64,000 nucleotides of DNA from Solirubrobacterales bacterium (GTDB lineage: Bacteria; Actinomycetota; Thermoleophilia; Solirubrobacterales; 70-9). The position numbers were made by a program, and so were the translations under genes. Below are positions 19,797-28,833 of this stretch, piece by piece (the first letter of the stretch is position 1; every line of letters begins with the position of its first letter). Where the stretch lies: assembly GCA_049585815.1 (NCBI GenBank), contig JBAVAR010000011.1, positions 4,919 through 68,918 on the forward strand, given 5' to 3'. The notes under the pieces are model-generated. The model was not told where the DNA came from. It saw only the letters and a program-made list of their open reading frames with translations, and did no database searches.

Positions 19797-20302
19797 TTGG
19801 TTCGGGGTTGGCGTCTGACGAAGGACTCGTGGCGAGTGATCCGGCGGGACCCAGCGATGGTTTCGATCGCGTTGATGGGTGCAGGTTGCGCGTTGGCAGG
19901 AGCTGCCGCCATCTTTTACTTTCCGGCTACTTCAGCTCACCGGCCGATTCGCGGGGCGACATTACGCTGGCGGCCGCCAGCGCCATCTACCCGATGACCT
20001 TCCTCAGCGTCTTCTTCAACGTCGCCCTAGCCGGTGCAGCCGCGGCAAGCATTGACGGCCGACCGATCGGCATCCGCGAAGCGCTCGACATCTCTTGGAA
20101 GTGGGTGGGCCGGAGCGTGCAGTGGTCGCTGCTGGCGGCGGGAGTGAGTCAATCCTGGAGCAGATCGCCTCACGAATTCCCGGCGCCGGGCCTCGCGTCT
20201 TGGCTTCTAGGTGCAGCTTGGAGTTTGGCGACAATCTTCGCGGTGCCTTTGCTGGCGCTTGAGGGCGCCGGGCCGCTCAAGATCACCGAGTCACGCTGGT
20301 GA
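19797..20302 (+). pseudogene. DUF6159-like membrane protein, multiply frameshifted and 3'-truncated
   Basis: The family-like sequence is spread over three frames. They read GWRLTKDSWRVIRRDPAMVSIALMGAGCALAGAAAIFYF (frame 1), YPMTFLSVFFNVALAGAAAASIDGRPIGIREALDISWKWVGRSVQWSLLAAGV (frame 2), ILEQIASRIPGAG (frame 3, about 20148-20186), then back to ASWLLGAAWSLATIFAVPLLALEGAGPLKITESRW-stop. The usual downstream RWGE plus TM helices are missing. Confidence 0.55.
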
Positions 20303-20388
20303 CGGTTCGGCGACGGCAGGTCGGGCCCCAGGAAACGGTCGCTTCGGTGGTTGACAAAAGCCTTCTCGGAGGCGGTTGTTGCTAGCCG

Positions 20389-20790
20389 TCAGTCAGCCCA
20401 CCAGTCGCGCTGGCCATTGACGTCATCGCGCCGAGCCTCGCCCAGACTGGGCGCGCCGATTACGAGGATCTCGAGGCCCTCCTGTCCGGCCTCGTAGCCG
20501 CGCCAGGTACCGGCCGGCACGCGCACGGCGTCCCATTTCTTTACCTCGACAATCTCTTCGTCGAGTTTCATCCGCCCGCCCCCGCTTAGGACCACGTACA
20601 CCTCCTCCTGCTCTTTGTGGGTGTGGCCATACGGAAAGCGATAGCCGGGCGGGACGCGCTGGTAGCCCAAGCCGGATTTCTCGAGCTCGAGCGCCTCGGT
20701 CGCCAGGCGAAATTCTAGGTCCGGTGCGCCGTTGAACTTGGAGCCCACGTCCTCCAAGTCCTCCTTGAGGTTCCTCAGAGTGAACGGCAT
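20389..20790 (-). CDS. Cupin domain protein
   Basis: 133 aa. ...GYQRVPPGYRFPYGHTHKEQEEVYVVLSGGGRMKLDEEIVEVKKWDAVRVPAGTWRGYEAGQEGLEILVIG. It is a paralogue of 63102..63491. Confidence 0.8.
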   Translation of the reverse strand: MPFTLRNLKEDLEDVGSKFNGAPDLEFRLATEALELEKSGLGYQRVPPGYRFPYGHTHKEQEEVYVVLSGGGRMKLDEEIVEVKKWDAVRVPAGTWRGYEAGQEGLEILVIGAPSLGEARRDDVNGQRDWWAD

Positions 20791-21402
20791 GGCGCAATCC
20801 TATTGCACCCAGAGCTGGGGTCGCTGATGTGATCGCCTAGCACCCCGGCGGTGTCAAGTCACCGGGTCAGATTGTGAGCAGTGCTTCCCATCCAATGCAG
20901 TAACGCCCTATTCCCGAGTATCGGCATCGCGCATCCCTTGGCGCAAGAGGAGCGGTGTGCCGCCTTGCCCCGACCTGCTCAGGTCTGCCATCGGGTGAGC
21001 TGCTCGGCGAGCTCCTCGCAAAGGGAGTGGTTCCTACACTCAGATATTCCAAAAGCCCGAGGATTCGACCAACGACGTTCCCGTGAACCTCGAGAGAGAG
21101 AGAGGTACGTACGGGGCTCTTCTTAATTGGATGCACGCGGGGATGGAGTCGTCGCGATGGGGCGCGCAAAGCAGGGCGCTCGGTCAGCGACCTTGCCCGC
21201 GCCCCAAGCGCCACGAGAGTCCTCACTCTGGGTCGCAACAGCGCCGATCGGTTGGCCAGACTCGGCCAAGCCACCGGAAAGCGCCGATGTTCCGCTCACA
21301 TCGTCGCGGTGCACCCCCCAGCGTCCGCCCACAGGCATCGACGCCTGCGGCGGCCGGTAGCGACCGATCCTCGAATCCCGCTCAGCCCCCCCTTGGATCA
21401 GT

Positions 21403-21843
21403 TCACCGATGGCTCCCGGTGGCTGAGGGCCTACTCTTCTCGAAGCGTTGAAGGCCGTCATTGGGGATCGCGTCCCAGTGCGGAGCTGAGGATACCCACT
21501 GGCGCCAGGACGGCTGAATTTCGGGGTCTCCCTCCACTGCACCCAGCCGTACTCCAACTACCTGATCCAGTTCGGGGTCACCACTGAAAAGCTGCCCGCC
21601 GCAGTGAACGCAGAAGGACTTGGGTTGGCCGTCCGGTGGACGAAAGGTGTGGATCGCCTCAGCCCCTGCGACGATCTCAAACCCCTCTGCCGGGACGCGC
21701 GCATTCAACGTTGAGGTCGTCCCGCTTCGTCGCTGGCAGCGCTTGCAATGGCAATAACCAGCGGTCTCAAACGGCGCCGTAACCTGGAAGCGAACTCTGC
21801 CACACAGGCATCTTCCGCTCAGTGGTGCCTCTGCTGAAGGCAT
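21403..21843 (-). CDS. GFA (glutathione-dependent formaldehyde-activating / CENP-V) family protein
   Basis: GRCLCGRVRFQV....GYCHCKRCQRRSG....FCVHCGGQLF is the zinc-binding Cys pattern of the GFA family. Confidence 0.85.
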   Translation of the reverse strand: MPSAEAPLSGRCLCGRVRFQVTAPFETAGYCHCKRCQRRSGTTSTLNARVPAEGFEIVAGAEAIHTFRPPDGQPKSFCVHCGGQLFSGDPELDQVVGVRLGAVEGDPEIQPSWRQWVSSAPHWDAIPNDGLQRFEKSRPSATGSHR

Positions 21844-21897
21844 GGCTGAGAGGCTAGCTCACGATCTCCGCCCGATCGGTCAAGCTGTGGCGCACCG

Positions 21898-22557
21898 ATG
21901 GTGGCTTCTGAATCATGCCGGTGGCGGATCGCCAGTTTCGACCTCGACGGCACCCTGGTCCGCGGCACTACCGTGAGTCGGCATTTGGCTGACCGCTTCG
22001 GCGAGAGCGGGCCAATAGCTGAGCTCGAGCAAGGCTATGCATCAGGCGAGATATCCAACGCAATGGTCGCCTCCGAACAGGCGCGTAGCTTCCGCGGTGT
22101 TCCCCTCCAAGACATCGTCTCAAAGCTCATCGACATCCCATGCATTGCGGGCATCAATGCCACCCTTACCGCCCTGGGCGATCGGGGTATCGAGTCCCTG
22201 TTGGGTACGGTGACGTGGAGCTTCGCGGCGCGGGAGTTCGGTGGGCGCCACGGATTTGCCGCCGTTTCGGGGACGGAGATTGAGCTTGGTCTCGGCGATA
22301 TTCCAACCGGCGAGGTCAGCTGCCACTGCGATGAGAGGGACAAGTTGGAGTTCGTTGTCGCCCACTGCGAGGCCAGTGGCGTCGACCTGTCCGAGTGCAT
22401 CGCAATTGGCGACTCCCGATCAGACATCCCGCTCTTTAGGGCGGTCGGTTTCTCGATTGCATTAAACGCGACGCCACAAGCCCGCGAGGCGGCGTCGGTC
22501 TCCCTCGACACCGAGGAGTTAACCGACATTCTCGACCTCATTCCCTGGAATGGCTAG
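21898..22557 (+). CDS. HAD-IB family hydrolase (phosphoserine-phosphatase-like)
   Basis: IASFDLDGTLVRGTT (motif I DxDxT) ... DKLEFV...CIAIGDSRSDIPLFRAVGFSIALN (motif IV GDxxxD). Confidence 0.8.
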   Translation: MVASESCRWRIASFDLDGTLVRGTTVSRHLADRFGESGPIAELEQGYASGEISNAMVASEQARSFRGVPLQDIVSKLIDIPCIAGINATLTALGDRGIESLLGTVTWSFAAREFGGRHGFAAVSGTEIELGLGDIPTGEVSCHCDERDKLEFVVAHCEASGVDLSECIAIGDSRSDIPLFRAVGFSIALNATPQAREAASVSLDTEELTDILDLIPWNG

Positions 22558-22794
22558 GTGAGGGGCGAGATGGAGGATCGCTGGCGATCACGCGCTCCTA
22601 GGCTCCTAGCACCGACACAAGGCGAGTTCGACGCCCCCTCCATTGCTCGAACCCCGACCGGTGGATACCAAAAGCCAATTGAGAGGCGGTCGGGATGTAT
22701 CGCCTCGGCGCCGCCAGCTGATCACGAGTGCAGCCTTCACCGAACCTCAGCCCTCGCCATCCCTTCTTGATCGGGGCGCCTGCTTGGTCTCATC

Positions 22795-22992
22795 TCATGC
22801 TGTCGTTCTGCCAGCGGCTGGATGATCGCCATGCTCGAGTTCATCGGCATCTAGCACGGCCCAACCGACGCGCTCGACCAGCTGGCCTGAGAAGTGCTCC
22901 GACTCGAGATCGGTGAGGGCAACCCGCTCTCGATACACGACTGTGCTTGCCGCCTCCTCCGGAGGGTCGGTCACTACGAGGATCTGGGGCAT
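22795..22992 (-). CDS. Small acidic hypothetical protein (65 aa)
   Basis: ATG 22992 has a strong SD (GAAGGAGG; plus-strand cctcc at 22997-23001) 4-5 nt upstream. The product is MPQILVVTDPPEEAASTVVYRERVALTDLESEHFSGQLVERVGWAVLDADELEH... I recognise no family. Confidence 0.5.
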   Translation of the reverse strand: MPQILVVTDPPEEAASTVVYRERVALTDLESEHFSGQLVERVGWAVLDADELEHGDHPAAGRTTA

Positions 22993-23218
22993 GGTGCCTC
23001 CTTCGTTGTGGTGACTCCGGCAGCTTTTCGGCTGAAGCTTGGCGGCTGGTCAAAATTGGGTAAAGATTCGATTAGAAGCTCAGCGCCTGCAGATCGCCGT
23101 CCCCTCCCCGCGGTGCCCGCGGCGCACCTGGTCCCCGCGCCGCTGAATACGATGGGGTGGCGTCTTCATGTCACGATCTCCATGGTGATCGTGACCTTCA
23201 ATCCAGGACCCAGCGGGC

Positions 23219-23455
23219 GTGGCTGAGCAGGTGCCCGCAGTCTGCGATGTGCTCGACACGATTGAGCGTCGCAACTGGTCGCGACTGCGGCGGCTGCTGC
23301 ACCCCGAGGTTCATTGGACGACGGCGATCGAGGAGCACCTGCACGGGCCAGCTGCGGTGATGGCCTGCCTATCTCAGGATCCCCCGCCTTCACCCCCCGC
23401 ATTCCACGAGCTGCGCGAGGGGCGCATCGTTCGCTGGATCGATACGCCCGGTTGA
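23219..23455 (+). CDS. Short NTF2/SnoaL-like hypothetical (78 aa, possibly a fragment)
   Basis: GTG start. ...VCDVLDTIERRNWSRLRRLLHPEVHWTT...LREGRIVRWID resembles only part of an NTF2-like fold. Confidence 0.3.
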   Translation: MAEQVPAVCDVLDTIERRNWSRLRRLLHPEVHWTTAIEEHLHGPAAVMACLSQDPPPSPPAFHELREGRIVRWIDTPG

Positions 23456-23549
23456 GGGGTAGGGCGATGTTTCCATCGCGAAGAAGACCGGTCGGACTGC
23501 CTCCAGCTTGGCTCGAGCACTTCTCAGATATACAACCCCGAATCGAGGA

Positions 23550-23729
23550 TCACGTCTCCGGCTCGAAGTCACCCTTGCGGGCCCCGCACACTGGGCAAAA
23601 CCAGGTGTCGGGGATATCCTCAAACAGTGTCCCAGATGGGATGCCACCATCTGGATCCCCATGTGTCGGGTCATAGATGTATCCACATGAGGTGCAGACC
23701 CAGCGGACTGCGGTCGCGCTATCAGCCAT
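23550..23729 (-). CDS. Rubredoxin (59 aa, below the ORF-track length cut-off)
   Basis: Hand translation gives [59 protein letters not shown]-stop. It has the two CxxCG knuckles and the (Y/F)xxxPxxW(x)CPxC pattern of rubredoxins. Its ATG (23727-23729) overlaps the TGA (23722-24) of the upstream gene as ATGGCTGA. Confidence 0.85.
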   Translation of the reverse strand: MADSATAVRWVCTSCGYIYDPTHGDPDGGIPSGTLFEDIPDTWFCPVCGARKGDFEPET

Positions 23730-24138
23730 CTGGGGACCGCTCGGGCATCAAGCCGACCCTCTCCAGCATCTGCTCATCGGTCAGGTAGGCGCGTGCCTCG
23801 AGGATTCCGCCACGGTCCCCTAGGCGGGCGAGCATCGCCGAGGGGGATAGGACGTCCTCGCCCATCAGCACTTCGGAGAGGACAAGGAACCGAGCCCGAT
23901 CCAGGACCCGCACTTCACGCACCCGGACCTGATGTTTGATTGCTGAAACGTCGAGATCCCTGACCCAGCGTCGCAGGCCGTCATGTCCGTGATAGATGCG
24001 GTCCTCCCCTGCCAGTGACGTGGGGTGGAACTCGATGGCCGGATCCGCCAGCGCTATGAGAGCCTCCGCGTCGCGTGAATTGAACCCATCGATAAAACGA
24101 AACCCGAGTGCCTCCACCGAGTCAGCTACCGTCGACAT
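23722..24138 (-). CDS. NTF2-like / SnoaL-like family protein
   Basis: 138 aa. ...[26 protein letters not shown]....[14 protein letters not shown]... is typical of the SnoaL_2/NTF2 fold. It is translationally coupled to the rubredoxin. Confidence 0.65.
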   Translation of the reverse strand: MSTVADSVEALGFRFIDGFNSRDAEALIALADPAIEFHPTSLAGEDRIYHGHDGLRRWVRDLDVSAIKHQVRVREVRVLDRARFLVLSEVLMGEDVLSPSAMLARLGDRGGILEARAYLTDEQMLERVGLMPERSPDG

Positions 24139-24209
24139 GGAGCCAGTGTAGGCGGGTCGCGAGCTCCGATGTGAAGCTCTAGCGCTTGACAGGTCGGTTG
24201 GCGAAGCCG

Positions 24210-25043
24210 CTATTCCAGCAACCGCCCGCCATCAACGACGATCTGCGCACCGGTCATGTAGTTGGAGAGCTCGCAGGCAAGGAACAGCGCCACCCGTCCG
24301 ATGTCATCAGCCTCACCCATGCGCCCCATCGGGATCATCGCCTCAAAGCCCTCCAGGTTCGCCTGGTCCATATCTCCAGCGCCGGGTGTCTTGATCCCAC
24401 CCGGCGCGATCGCATTGACCGAGATGCCATGGGGTGCGAGCTCCAGGGCGACGTTTTTGGTGAAGCCCCAGGCACCGTGCTTGGAGGCGTCATATGGGGC
24501 TAGGCCGACCATCGAGGGATGCAACGCGTCGATCGAGGTGACGTTGATGATCCGACCGCCCCTTCCCTGGGTGATCATCTGCGTCGAGACGGCTTTCGTG
24601 CACAGGAACAGCCCCGTCAGATTGACGTCGATCACTCGTTGGAACGTCTTCAGATCGAGCTCGCCCAAGGGCACCATCGGGTAGATCCCCGCGTTGTTGA
24701 CGAGGATCTCCACAGCGCCGAAGACATCGACCGCGTCGTGCACCATGCGCTCGACGCTTTCCGGATTGCTGATGTCAGCATGAACCGCGAGAGCGCTGTG
24801 GGCTCGCTGGGCCTGCAGGGTTTCGGCCGCGTCCTCGGCGGCCAACAGATCCAGATCTGCGATGACGACGCTCGCGCCAGCCTCGTGCAGGCGGCGGGCG
24901 ATGCCAAGGCCGATCCCCATCGCCGCGCCGGTGATGATCGCGTTGAGGCCGGTGAGATCGATGAGCGCTCCCAGCGCTGGTCTCTGTGGTGGGGGGATCG
25001 GATCCATCCACTGGAAGTTTCCACGCGGGCGCCGGATGGGCAT
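24210..25043 (-). CDS. Short-chain dehydrogenase/reductase (classical SDR)
   Basis: LTGLNAIITGAAMGIGLGIARRL (TGxxxGxG) ... NNAG ... SSMVGL..Y.ASKHGAWGFTK (YxxxK) ... PGGIKTP. The start may instead be ATG 25007. Confidence 0.85.
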   Translation of the reverse strand: MPIRRPRGNFQWMDPIPPPQRPALGALIDLTGLNAIITGAAMGIGLGIARRLHEAGASVVIADLDLLAAEDAAETLQAQRAHSALAVHADISNPESVERMVHDAVDVFGAVEILVNNAGIYPMVPLGELDLKTFQRVIDVNLTGLFLCTKAVSTQMITQGRGGRIINVTSIDALHPSMVGLAPYDASKHGAWGFTKNVALELAPHGISVNAIAPGGIKTPGAGDMDQANLEGFEAMIPMGRMGEADDIGRVALFLACELSNYMTGAQIVVDGGRLLE

Positions 25044-25213
25044 CCGTATTTGGCCGCTGGGTGAGGTTGCGAACTACTGACCAGAGCGGAAAGTCCTGCG
25101 AGTCTCGGCACCGAGCACATTCCTACTCTGGGAGATTTGGGTGGGGCTGGGTTCAGTTTAGATGTAGATTCCGATTAACAGAGACCGTGAAAGTGGCGCT
25201 CGGGAGGGGTTTG

Positions 25214-25576
25214 ATGCGATCCATTGAAAAGTTAACTGCGAGGAACAACCTCCGGAGGCCCTCGATCTGGGCGATTGCCGCGATCCTTGTGCTCGCCGTG
25301 GTTGGGACCTTGCCTGCGGGTGCCGCGGCAGAAGAAGCAGAAGAAACAACGGCGACAAACTGCAGCTCGGCGCCGCACCACATCAGCGATCTGGCCGAGA
25401 GTGGTTCGAGCTGCAAGAAGGCGCTCAAGGTCGCGAAGTACGCAATCAAGAACAAGAACAGCTTCAGCTGGACCCACGACGGTTTTCACTGCCATGGGGA
25501 GTCGACTGAGGGCATGCCGCCGATCTCCTTCACCTGCAAGAAGAGCATTTCCCGGATCTACTTCACCTACGAATAG
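25214..25576 (+). CDS. Small secreted Cys-containing hypothetical protein (120 aa)
   Basis: ATG 25214 follows gggagggg. The product has MRSIEKLTARNNLRRPSIWAIAAILVLAVVGTLPAGAAA (signal/anchor) and a mature part with 4 Cys (NCSS...SSCKK...FHCHG...FTCKK). Confidence 0.6.
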   Translation: MRSIEKLTARNNLRRPSIWAIAAILVLAVVGTLPAGAAAEEAEETTATNCSSAPHHISDLAESGSSCKKALKVAKYAIKNKNSFSWTHDGFHCHGESTEGMPPISFTCKKSISRIYFTYE

Positions 25577-25691
25577 CGATCCAATAACCCTCAGGGGCGC
25601 GCCTCTGCCTGCGTTGGGGCGGGTTCGCGACGCTGGGGCCGGGACAGAGCAGCGAGGTGGTGAGGCCGGTTCCGGCTAAACTCCCCGCGGC

Positions 25692-26066
25692 GTGGACTGG
25701 CGACTCGAATTGGTGCAGGTCCCCGTTTCCGACGTCGACCGAGCTAAGGCCTTCTACACCGAGAAAGCCGGTTTCAGTGCCGATATCGACGCCGATGTCG
25801 GCGGTGGGGTTCGCTTCGTTCAGCTGACCCCTCCAGGGTCGCCATGCTCGATCGCGATCGGAACCGGCCTCTCGACGATGGCGCCAGGCTCGGTCGAAGG
25901 CCTGCAGCTGGTCGTCGCCGACGTCGACACCGCCCGCGCAGAGCTCCTCCGGCGCGGGGTCGAGGTTGGTGATGTTCAGGAGTTCGCCTGGGGCAAGTTC
26001 ATTTACTTCAGCGACCCCGATGGCAATAGCTGGGCTGTGCAGCAACTTCCGCCACGCCCTGAGTAG
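25692..26066 (+). CDS. VOC / glyoxalase-bleomycin-resistance family protein
   Basis: LELVQVPVSDVDRAKAFYTEKAGF...VRFVQLTPPGS.CSIAIG...GLQLVVADVDTARAELLRRGVEV...FIYFSDPDGNSWAVQQ. Confidence 0.85.
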   Translation: MDWRLELVQVPVSDVDRAKAFYTEKAGFSADIDADVGGGVRFVQLTPPGSPCSIAIGTGLSTMAPGSVEGLQLVVADVDTARAELLRRGVEVGDVQEFAWGKFIYFSDPDGNSWAVQQLPPRPE

Positions 26067-26696
26067 CGCCCGCAAGCCACAGTATTTGCCGTCGAGTGCC
26101 AATCACCCTTCCGGGTTGCAGAGCAGGGGCATAAGAAGGAGAGGCGATGCGACACTGGCTATTGGGCGCTCGGCCTCCTGCGGTTAGCGTCCCGACGCAG
26201 TTGCGCCGGCGCGGCGAGGGCGCTGGTCCCATCTGTGTCCACGATCGAAGGAGGGAGTCGTATCCGACCTCACGCCAGGGCAAAACGCCATCTTCGGATT
26301 CCACACCACCCAGGCGGGACTCAATTCTGACCAACTGCTTCCGCTTGGAATGGGGCTGCGGCATCGGTTTTCGCGCGGCCCGCAGAGCTGTGTCGGGGAC
26401 TCAATGCCCGACACCTCCGACTGCACCGACATCGATGGCAGAACCCCCGACGGCGACGAGGGGAACGATTCGCTGAGCGAAAGCGAGCGCCACCGCATCG
26501 AGCACCGGCTAACTGTGTTACAAAAATCACATGGAACGCTATCGCCTTGACAATTTCATCGAGTACATCCTGAGCAGCCGCGGCAGAGAAAATATGGCTC
26601 TGTCCCTGATCGCCGCCGGCGGCGTTGTCGGGATGGTCGTCATCGCCCGGCTCTGAACTGAGCGCGCTGGGCGGCGCCGCCCCATTGCGCGAGTGG

Positions 26697-28070
26697 CTAC
26701 TCGCCCCGCCCGACCCCATTGGCCACCTCACATGCTTCCTCTGGCCCGATGAAGGGCGACAGGGCGATGTAGGCGCAGATCGGTGCGAGATGGGGAAGGG
26801 CCGCGGGGCCTTCACTTTGGATCTTTCGGTAGGCCAGCGTGTAAATGCCCCCCGTGATTACCTCCGTCGCGATCGGGGCCGCCGCGGGCGAGCGCTCATA
26901 GCCGATCTCGATCAGTCCTCTCAGAGAGGCCAGTGCCTCGGAGCGTCTTGCCAATGCCGCAGGTCCCGCAGCGTAGGCCTCCATGATCACCAGACGCGCC
27001 AGCGCCGGACGGGAGGCCAGGAAGCTAAACAGTGCCCCGAAGCCTGCCCGCATCGCATGCGGCCAGTCGGGCGCCCGTCGAAATACTGGTACCACCACCG
27101 CCACCATCTGCGCTCCGGCGCTATCGATCGCCGCCATCATTGCGTCCTCTTTGCCACGGAAATTTGCGTAGAACGTCGTCGCCGACATCCCTGCGCGCTT
27201 GACGACCTCATCGACCGTGGTCGCCGCGTAGCCTTTCTCCGCCGCCACGATTGCGAACGCTCGCAGTGCCCGCTCCGCGTGGTCGTGGGCCTCCAGGCTT
27301 TCCTCAGGTCCGGTCTTCGCCACTCGCCCCGTCAGGCGCAGGGTATGCGGGGGAGGTCGGTAGGAGATCATCAGCTCCCACAACTCGCCCATCAGCTTTG
27401 GCAGTTCTGCCTCGCGGCCTTCCCGCAGCCGGGTGCTGGTGATTTCGCGCATCGCCCCGACGTGGGCGGTGATCATCTCATCCGGCATCCCCGCTCGCTC
27501 GGGCGACTGGGCCAGCGTCTGGCGCGTCAACCACTCAAATCCCCTCGCCGCCGCTTGCAGTGGTGCCAGTGCCTCTGGTCCCGCGGCGAACGTCTCGACC
27601 AGCGCCATCCGCGCCGCCGCCGGCTGCAGCACCACGATTTCCGCGAAGGAGTCAAACCCCCTGCGCGCCTGCACCTCCCAGTTTTCCTCCTCAAGTGGCG
27701 CGGTCCTTTTCCCGCCAGCCCTCTGCTTTCGCGCGGCCGCCTCCTCGTCACGTTTTGCGGCGTAGGCAACCGCGGCGCCAATCATCGCTTCTAATGTCGC
27801 CAGGAAGCACCCCTTCTTATCCCCGAACAGGTCATAGAAGGTCCTGCTCGAGACTCCCGCGATCTCCGTCAGCTCGGCGACCGTGGTCCCCTCATACCCC
27901 TTCTTTGCCACGCACGCCACCATCGCCCCGTAGAGTCGCTCGCGCTGGTTTCGCTCCACCTTCTCCCGCGGTGTGCCGGGGCCCGGGGGAAGCCTTCGTT
28001 CCCGCAGCTCTTCTGACTCCCCCCAGGGTGTAGCGATCATTCCGGGGGCGGACCCTAACCCGCGTGACAT
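26697..28070 (-). CDS. Single-chain double TetR-family regulator (two TetR_N HTH domains in one 457-aa polypeptide)
   Basis: HTH 1 is RERLYGAMVACVAKKGYEGTTVAELTEIAGVSSRTFYDLFGDKKGCFLATLE. HTH 2, about 220 aa later, is AERALRAFAIVAAEKGYAATTVDEVVKRAGMSATTFYANFRGKEDAMMAAID. SD GGAGGAG lies 10 nt upstream of ATG 28070. The gene is divergent from the 28918 operon. Confidence 0.85.
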   Translation of the reverse strand: MSRGLGSAPGMIATPWGESEELRERRLPPGPGTPREKVERNQRERLYGAMVACVAKKGYEGTTVAELTEIAGVSSRTFYDLFGDKKGCFLATLEAMIGAAVAYAAKRDEEAAARKQRAGGKRTAPLEEENWEVQARRGFDSFAEIVVLQPAAARMALVETFAAGPEALAPLQAAARGFEWLTRQTLAQSPERAGMPDEMITAHVGAMREITSTRLREGREAELPKLMGELWELMISYRPPPHTLRLTGRVAKTGPEESLEAHDHAERALRAFAIVAAEKGYAATTVDEVVKRAGMSATTFYANFRGKEDAMMAAIDSAGAQMVAVVVPVFRRAPDWPHAMRAGFGALFSFLASRPALARLVIMEAYAAGPAALARRSEALASLRGLIEIGYERSPAAAPIATEVITGGIYTLAYRKIQSEGPAALPHLAPICAYIALSPFIGPEEACEVANGVGRGE

Positions 28071-28137
28071 CCGCTCGTTTCGCTCCTCCCCAGTGATAGG
28101 CCTGTTAGTTCAATCTTCCTGATCGAGCTCCAAGTCT

Positions 28138-28160
28138 AATCCCCCTGAATTTAGGGGATT
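28138..28160. promoter_or_regulatory. Inverted repeat AATCCCC-N9-GGGGATT upstream of the double-TetR gene (candidate operator)
   Basis: Read directly: aatcccc (28138-28144), ctgaattta, ggggatt (28154-28160). It lies 68-90 nt upstream of ATG 28070 on the regulator's side of the 848-bp divergent region. Confidence 0.3.
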
Positions 28161-28730
28161 TCCGGCTTTCCGACCAGGCACAACCAGCTCTTTGGCCGGC
28201 CTTGGTGCCAGTCGCTCGTAGGCAGGCCTGTCCTACCTCTCCAGCTCTGCCTCTTCCCCCTCCCAGCCACCTGGCGATAAGCCCGCCACGTCTTCGTTTG
28301 CGCCGCTACGCCGTCCCGCTCCTGGTTCCCGGGGTGGTGCGGAGTTCCGAGGTGCTCCTTCGATAGGGGCGAATTGGGGTCGGCGTGATGGTCCATGCTG
28401 CCCTGGCCTCGTTTTCGCTGTAGGCGTCGAGGGTTGATGGATCGCCCCGACGTGGGCGAGCTCCCGTGCCGCAAAGTGCTCGCTCGCCCATGCGGTCACT
28501 GGAATCGATCCACTACTCACCCAAGCCCAAGCGGGTTCAAGTGAGGTTCCTCGCCTGAACTGTCCGCTGAGGTGGTCCTCAACCTGCCGTTCGACGGACC
28601 TGGTTTCGCCCGAATTCAGATACGCAGATTTTTTTGTTCGCTCGCTAGCCTAAACTCTACTTTTCCCTGCGTCAAAGCCATTTTTCCCGAGCCTCCCACC
28701 CTGTGCGATTGATGAATCTCGCTTTCCCCC

Positions 28731-28759
28731 TTGCAACTGTAGGCATCTTGGTGTAATAG
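28731..28759 (+). promoter_or_regulatory. Candidate sigma-70-type promoter of the A1-B1-A2-B2 operon
   Basis: TTGCAA (28731-36), 17 nt, TAATAG (28754-59) with TG immediately 5' of the -10 element. It sits in an unusually AT-rich stretch about 160 nt upstream of GTG 28918. The prediction rests on the motif only. Confidence 0.35.
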
Positions 28760-28833
28760 TTTGAGCTGACGCTGCGCAGTGCGCCCGAGCAATCGGAAAG
28801 CGCATTGACGCCACGCCAAAGGGTTTCGGGAAG

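Noticed and set aside
20867-21400. ORFs 20867..21274 (-), 21083..21451 (+) and 21123..21557 (-) lie in the gap between the cupin and GFA genes. I also checked this region for SRP RNA, tmRNA and tRNA.
   Set aside because: The translations are low-complexity. I found no conserved RNA motif such as an SRP GGAA/AGCA loop, a tmRNA tag frame or a T-arm.
26147-26476. A 109-aa ORF is preceded by a very strong SD (AAGAAGGAGAGG, 6 nt before ATG 26147).
   Set aside because: The translation is Arg/Pro/Thr/Ser-rich with no hydrophobic core or motif and has weak GC3 bias. The SD may be fortuitous or serve a much shorter peptide.
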